A model generated the notes under the pieces. That model was not told the origin of the DNA, did no database searches, and was given only the letters and a program-made list of their open reading frames with translations. The position numbers and the translations under genes are program-made. Positions 55,929-60,984 of a DNA stretch of 60,984 nt are shown here, in pieces. The DNA lies in the IMG/VR virus record IMGVR_UViG_3300042465_000911, positions 1-60,984 of that record; one strand, written 5' to 3'. This stretch comes from a virus. Lineage: Duplodnaviria > Caudoviricetes. Position 1 is the stretch's first letter; every line of letters starts with the position of its first letter.

Positions 55929-57875
55929 TTATTTAGGCCGGTCGTACACAGGCGCATTTGCTCCCGGCATAGTCGTTACTTTTGGACTCATGGCGGTCAA
56001 AATACCGCGCATACTTGCGGCAAATTCTGTGGGAGTCATGGGCTCAGTCATCTGTTTCTTAGATTCAGTCACATGATCGGCGTACAACTTGGCGTAGGTA
56101 GCGCCTGTCTTATCGCTTTGTAGGTCTTGGACTTTACGTAAGCCGGACTCCAAACGCTCGGCATCTGTTTTGCCTGTGCCCAACATCATGGCCATGCGTG
56201 CTTCTGCGGGGGGTGCGCTGAGTTGTGCTTGTGTGCGTGCGTTTGCTCCACGCTCTTGAATGAGTGTGCGGTCTGTGGCTGCGCCTTGCTCAAACTCTGC
56301 GCGTTTATTGCCAACATAAGCTTCAAACATTTTACCGGCTTGCTGTTGTGACAAACCATAAGCTTGTTGCGCACCAGCCAACACATCTCTCTCGGTTTGA
56401 GAAACAGTCTTTCTGACATTGTTTTCAAGTTCACGCAACTCTCTGGTGTTGAGCACCTTCTCGCTGCGACGCGCTTCTTCGATGCGACCAAACGCGTCAT
56501 CCAACTTGTCCTTGGCTTCGGATATTTTGTCAATACCTTGCTTGTATGACTTCACGCCTGTTGCACCACCAGCGCCAATATTGACAAAAGCGTGGGGAGA
56601 AGTTCCACTCATCATGGCCAAACCAGCCTCAAGCATTGCCATGTAAGGCAACTTGCCTTCTTCTTTTTCAATCCGGCCTTGGCGATCTTTTAACTTGGCT
56701 TCGCGTTCGGTATATGCGGGGCCGAGGTCGGCAATATCTTGACGGCGTTGAGCCAACGCCGCTGCTGCGTTTGCCTGCTCCATCTCGCCAATGTTGCGGA
56801 TTCTTCCTTCAAACGGGTCTGCCGCAGGAGGCACCATGTTGCCGTAAATGCGCTGCAAGTCTTCAGGCTTGGTGGCAAGCGCAGAAATACCGCCTTGTTG
56901 GGGCATTGTGGGTTCTGCAAGTTTGGGGCGGCTTGGCAGTCCGCGTTTATCAAGTGCTGCGGGTGGTACGGGAGGAGCAGCCCCTGCGCCGGAGGTGGTC
57001 ACGGCTGTTGCTGTTGGGTCAGGCAAGTTATTGCGTTGAGCCACATCGGATTGAAATTGCTGCTCGTCACTACGACGAGGCTTGTACCCTTTCATAACAG
57101 GGCCAATACGCTCTTCTGCTTGTATGTTTTGTTTTCTAATTTCGGCACGGCGTTGTTCTTTGGGGTTGAGCAACAGTTTTCCAAGCCCACTCTTTATCTC
57201 CCCACCTAAATCAGAAAGAGTCATTCCTGCATATTCAGAACGCTCAGGTTCAGAACCGGGGATGTACTTCATTTCGCCTGTATCGGGGTCTTTGTACATG
57301 TTGCCCATGACAATAGCGCCATCGGGTATTTCAGGAGGCATCATAAAACCCGCTTTTACAAGCCCACGATCAGCATAGCCAACAATGCCGCCTTCGGCAA
57401 AGTCCATATTGCCTACAGGAAGCGTGGCAATACCTTGATCTTCAGGCAACACATAACCGCCGTCGGCCATGCCTTGTGGTGGCATTTGACCTTGCGCCAT
57501 TTGGGGCGGCATACCTTGAGGAGGCATACCTTGAGGAGGCATTGGCCCACCTTGCCCTTGAGGAGGCATCGGGCCTTGGCCCTGTTGGGGGCCTTGTGGC
57601 TGCTGTTGCTGTGGGGGCTGACCAATGCTTTGCAGGATTTGCTGTGCAATAGGGGGCTTTTGCTGTTGGCCCGACATCAGCGCCATAGCTTCTTGACCGT
57701 GCTGCTTCTTGTACTTATCCGCTTCGGCGGCTAGGCTGAGCTTGATGGCATCGTCTTGATTTGCTTGTGCAAACGCTTGCAACTGCTGCGCATTCATCTT
57801 CATTAGCTGGACGCGCAATGCGTCGATACTGCCAGAGCTAATGCCTGATGTTCCCCGTTGTGTGGATGTGTACAT
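55929..57875 (-). CDS. DNA ejection/internal virion protein
   Basis: Q/P-rich N-terminus; GIATLP...FAEGGIVGY; GLAMM.G.SP....NIG. Confidence 0.65.
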   Translation of the reverse strand: MYTSTQRGTSGISSGSIDALRVQLMKMNAQQLQAFAQANQDDAIKLSLAAEADKYKKQHGQEAMALMSGQQQKPPIAQQILQSIGQPPQQQQPQGPQQGQGPMPPQGQGGPMPPQGMPPQGMPPQMAQGQMPPQGMADGGYVLPEDQGIATLPVGNMDFAEGGIVGYADRGLVKAGFMMPPEIPDGAIVMGNMYKDPDTGEMKYIPGSEPERSEYAGMTLSDLGGEIKSGLGKLLLNPKEQRRAEIRKQNIQAEERIGPVMKGYKPRRSDEQQFQSDVAQRNNLPDPTATAVTTSGAGAAPPVPPAALDKRGLPSRPKLAEPTMPQQGGISALATKPEDLQRIYGNMVPPAADPFEGRIRNIGEMEQANAAAALAQRRQDIADLGPAYTEREAKLKDRQGRIEKEEGKLPYMAMLEAGLAMMSGTSPHAFVNIGAGGATGVKSYKQGIDKISEAKDKLDDAFGRIEEARRSEKVLNTRELRELENNVRKTVSQTERDVLAGAQQAYGLSQQQAGKMFEAYVGNKRAEFEQGAATDRTLIQERGANARTQAQLSAPPAEARMAMMLGTGKTDAERLESGLRKVQDLQSDKTGATYAKLYADHVTESKKQMTEPMTPTEFAASMRGILTAMSPKVTTMPGANAPVYDRPK

Positions 57876-57884
57876 AGCCGCCTC

Positions 57885-59711
57885 TTATCCCATCTTTGAA
57901 AGTACGATTGCAGGCAGTCCAGCAGCGCCGCCCTTTTTCTCTTTGATACTACCGCCTTTAGCTTTGCTTGTGCCGCCAAACAGATTGCTTAAACCCGCAA
58001 GAGACAAACCCGCGCCTGCCACTTGAGACAGCATACTTGGCGGCTGTTGATACACAGACTGATTACCTTGGCTCATAGGCATACCGCGCAGGGTGTTGGA
58101 CATGTAAGACAACTGCTGATACGGGAACTGTTGTTGCGTCAGGAAGTCTTGATACTGCTGATTTAGTATGTTTTGTGCTTGCTGTTGCTGTTGTCCGCCA
58201 AGTTGTGCTTGCGTGCTTAAGTTGCCAATGTTTTGACCGTACAGGTTTTGCCCGATAGCGCCAAGGTTTTGATACCCCTGCATACCTGCTTGCAGACCTT
58301 GAAGACCCAAACCAGCGCCGTACTGTTTAGATTGCTCTCCCAACTGTTGCATCTGTTGGTTGGCGGTTTGGTTGGCAAGTTGAGCTTGCAAGTTTTGACC
58401 CGAGCCAAGTTGCTGTACACCAAGATTGGCTTGCAAGTTTTGGTTGCCTACGTTGTAGCCCATTTGCTGGTTGGCCAAAGCTGCTTGCATTGCTTGTGTA
58501 GCGTTCATGCCGCTGGCTTGCAACCTGTTAGCTTCATTCTGAACATTGGCCTGCTGTTGATTGGTCAAGTTTGCAAGAGCTGTCTGCACACCTGTTTGCG
58601 TGCCTAATTGTTGGGTACCAATTTGAGAGGCGAGGTTTTGTTGGCCAACAGTCAAACCCGCTTGTTGATTTGCAATTGCCGCCTGCATTGCTTGTGTGGC
58701 GCTCATGCCTGATGCTTGTAACCGATTGGCCTCATTTTGTACATTGGCCTGCTGTTGCGCAGTTAAGTTTTGCGTGCCGACAGTTAATCCTGCTTGTTGG
58801 TTGGCCTGTTGTGCTGCAAGCTGACGAGCTTGGTCAGATGTAAACATCTGCGCCGCTTGGTTGTACGCCTCTTGGCTACCTTTTGACTGAATGTCCGCCA
58901 TCTGTTGAGCCAGATTACGCTGCGCCTCTGCGTTCTCAATAGCAGAGCGCGAGCCGCCAAAAGCCCCAGCTTGAGCTTGACGAGCGCCGCGTTGTGTGCC
59001 TGCAATGTCAGCTTGGCGTTGAGCTTCCCGCTTTCCTATGTCGGTGACGGCCTGTTGATAAGGCGACATGTACGCATCGACAGTGCCCGGCGCAGTAAAC
59101 ATCCCAGTACTTACTTGCTGAGCGGGGCCCATCTGAGCCGCGTTTATGTCCCCTGCACTTACGCGTTGCGATGATACGTTTGCAGGCCCTTGCATTTGGA
59201 AAGTTTGCAAGTTGGGGTTGTAACCCGTTTGTGCAGCATTGATTGTTCCCGCATTTACTTGTTGCGCCGCAACATCAGCAGGCCCTGTCATTTGGTAGTT
59301 TTGTAATGTTGGCGCGACAGCTCGTGTGTAATCAAAACTTGACGGCGTGTACCCGTACTGACCCGCTTGTTGCGCTAAACCCTGCAAGCCTGTGGCGGCT
59401 CCTGTGGAATATGGGTTATAGCCCAAGCCTTGAGCTGTAGCATATGCTTGTTTTTGTAGGTCGGAATATCCCGCAGTTCTTTCGCCGGTATAAGGCTGAT
59501 AGTCTTGGAGGCCGGTAGGAGTAGGCTGAGCGCCAGCGGTGCCTTCAGGAACAATTTTCCCCGAAGCGTCCCGATAAATCATTTTACCGCTGGCATCTGT
59601 CTCGTAGTTATAGAGAGCGCCAGCGGTCATGCCCAGCAATTGCTCAACGTATGGGCGAGCGTATTCTGGGATTGAGGTTGTCGTGTTTACTACTTGTGTT
59701 GGTTCTGCCAT
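57885..59711 (-). CDS. DNA ejection/transfer protein, Gln-rich with internal repeats
   Basis: YMSPYQQAV, AGAFGGSR, repeated QQQANVQNEANRLQASGM. Confidence 0.7.
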   Translation of the reverse strand: MAEPTQVVNTTTSIPEYARPYVEQLLGMTAGALYNYETDASGKMIYRDASGKIVPEGTAGAQPTPTGLQDYQPYTGERTAGYSDLQKQAYATAQGLGYNPYSTGAATGLQGLAQQAGQYGYTPSSFDYTRAVAPTLQNYQMTGPADVAAQQVNAGTINAAQTGYNPNLQTFQMQGPANVSSQRVSAGDINAAQMGPAQQVSTGMFTAPGTVDAYMSPYQQAVTDIGKREAQRQADIAGTQRGARQAQAGAFGGSRSAIENAEAQRNLAQQMADIQSKGSQEAYNQAAQMFTSDQARQLAAQQANQQAGLTVGTQNLTAQQQANVQNEANRLQASGMSATQAMQAAIANQQAGLTVGQQNLASQIGTQQLGTQTGVQTALANLTNQQQANVQNEANRLQASGMNATQAMQAALANQQMGYNVGNQNLQANLGVQQLGSGQNLQAQLANQTANQQMQQLGEQSKQYGAGLGLQGLQAGMQGYQNLGAIGQNLYGQNIGNLSTQAQLGGQQQQQAQNILNQQYQDFLTQQQFPYQQLSYMSNTLRGMPMSQGNQSVYQQPPSMLSQVAGAGLSLAGLSNLFGGTSKAKGGSIKEKKGGAAGLPAIVLSKMG

Positions 59712-59720
59712 GACTATTCC

Positions 59721-60407
59721 TTAAGCGGGAAGATACTTATCTGCCTTGGTGTTCGCGGCAACCTTGCCTTTACCCACAGTCTTGCCACGGGCTGCTTGGA
59801 TACGATCCATCATTTTGTACAGTTTGCGTGCGCCTGCCTCAGTTGAGCCGTTACCAATTTCAGAAACGATACGTGCAGGTACCACAAACTCACCGTCAGC
59901 TAAACGCGCAGGCTGACCTTTACCAATAGTAGCGGGGATGGAGTCCGATACGCCGTCACCGGGGCCGCGCAACAACCTGCCGCCATCTGAGTAGGAGCCA
60001 AGGTCAGACATGCCGCCCATAGCCAAATTCTTAGGAGCCATCAGTTTGGAATCACTAACATTGGAAATCTTTTTGGCAAACTCAACCATGCGCTTATAAA
60101 TGTTGTGCGCACCAATAAAGTCGCCCTTTTTGATTTTCTTGTAGGCTGGCTCAATGAACTCGCTATACATTTTCTTGTATATCATCTGACCGTCTGGGCG
60201 GTTGTCAATTGCATCCACAATATTGGCGGCGTTCTTGTAATACCATTCAAGTTCTTTGGCTTTTTCTTTGTCTTTCACCATGAAAGTGTCACGGAAAGCG
60301 GACAAAGTGCTCAACAAGTCATCATCAAACTTATGGCCCATGTGGTCAACGGCTGCGACTCCAATAAAGCCGCCATCGTCTGCAAGATTCTTTTTAACTT
60401 TTGCCAT
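59721..60407 (-). CDS. Virion internal protein with an N-terminal CFI-box-like domain and a GPGDGVSDSIPA domain
   Basis: GGFIGVA...DD..L.TL.AFRD...YY..A..IV; C-terminal GPGDG.SDSIPA...LADGEFVVPA. Confidence 0.7.
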   Translation of the reverse strand: MAKVKKNLADDGGFIGVAAVDHMGHKFDDDLLSTLSAFRDTFMVKDKEKAKELEWYYKNAANIVDAIDNRPDGQMIYKKMYSEFIEPAYKKIKKGDFIGAHNIYKRMVEFAKKISNVSDSKLMAPKNLAMGGMSDLGSYSDGGRLLRGPGDGVSDSIPATIGKGQPARLADGEFVVPARIVSEIGNGSTEAGARKLYKMMDRIQAARGKTVGKGKVAANTKADKYLPA

Positions 60408-60417
60408 GTCTTATCCC

Positions 60418-60984
60418 CTAAACCACTTCGCCGTTTTCACGGATAAATTTAGTTTCTGTGCCAAGCGTATCAAATAAGCCCATCCAAAAACGCTCCAGTG
60501 GCTTGAATATCCAGCCCCATTTGTTCTCGCCGTAATACCACTTGGCATAACACACGGCAGGATCAGCAAAGGTTTTGACTACAAAGAAGCTGAATAGCTT
60601 TGATTTGCGCATCAAAGGAATAAACACTTCAGCCAATTTGTAATAACCACGCTTGTTTCTTTCGGTGACTTTCTCATCTCTGTAGCGGCGCACAACCCTG
60701 TCCATAGTGCCATTACCATATCGGGCTTCAAGCATGATGAAACAGCAACCTCCACCACCGCCACCACCTCCACCTCCACCTACACCACCAGTAGCAGCGG
60801 CAGATGCAGCAGCACCAGCGGCTCCAGTGCCCATGCCGCCCATACCAGATCCGCTAGAACCACCACCACCACCACCACCACCACCACCACCACCACCACC
60901 TACACCCAGTCCACCTATCCCACTTGTTGCATTTCCAACAGCGGCAGAAGCAGCAGCATTTGCAGCGGCAGCGGCAGCACCGGG
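60418..60984 (-). CDS. C-terminal part of the junction-spanning protein, ending in poly-Gly plus a CFI-box-CTERM-like domain
   Basis: Frame open to the window end; GGGGGCCFIMLEARYG...VRRYRD...GYY. Confidence 0.8.
   Translation of the reverse strand, partial: PGAAAAAANAAASAAVGNATSGIGGLGVGGGGGGGGGGGGGGSSGSGMGGMGTGAAGAAASAAATGGVGGGGGGGGGGGCCFIMLEARYGNGTMDRVVRRYRDEKVTERNKRGYYKLAEVFIPLMRKSKLFSFFVVKTFADPAVCYAKWYYGENKWGWIFKPLERFWMGLFDTLGTETKFIRENGEVV
60859..60984. repeat. Terminal direct repeat; contains (ACC)14
   Basis: Identical to 16-141. Confidence 0.9.

Overview
The window appears to be an essentially complete ~61 kb genome of a tailed dsDNA phage with a podovirus/P22-like virion module. Spanins imply a Gram-negative host. 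Bases 60859-60984 repeat bases 16-141, so the contig is probably circularly permuted, and one Gly-rich ejection-type gene crosses the junction. There are two divergent arms. The minus-strand late arm (27526 leftwards, continuing 60984 to 49305) encodes terminase, portal, GroES-like co-chaperonin, scaffold, major capsid, adaptor/stabilisation proteins, tail fibres, an M15 endolysin, Rz/Rz1 spanins and ejection proteins including a 2186-aa LPD38-type protein. The plus-strand early/replication arm (27977-49330) encodes many small ORFs, an M28 peptidase, VRR-NUC, family A DNA polymerase, PD-(D/E)XK nuclease, SNF2 helicase, SSB and a DUF927 primase-helicase. I saw no integrase, tRNA or CRISPR array. 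The most notable observation is a self-contained ~120-nt non-coding unit between the arms (27542-27697: promoter, three stem-loops, terminator). Its unpaired segment UUGCUUCUCCU(CGGUUG) is complementary to a stereotyped leader (CAACCG)AGGAGAAGCAA in front of many early genes, suggesting a phage-encoded multi-target anti-RBS sRNA. Other observations: two palindrome families, a probable origin, several structured leader RNAs, tandem CFI-box-like domains, a recurrent xxxGG peptide motif in late proteins, and an FG/Q-rich prion-like protein in the head operon. All family names are from visual motif recognition, not database searches.
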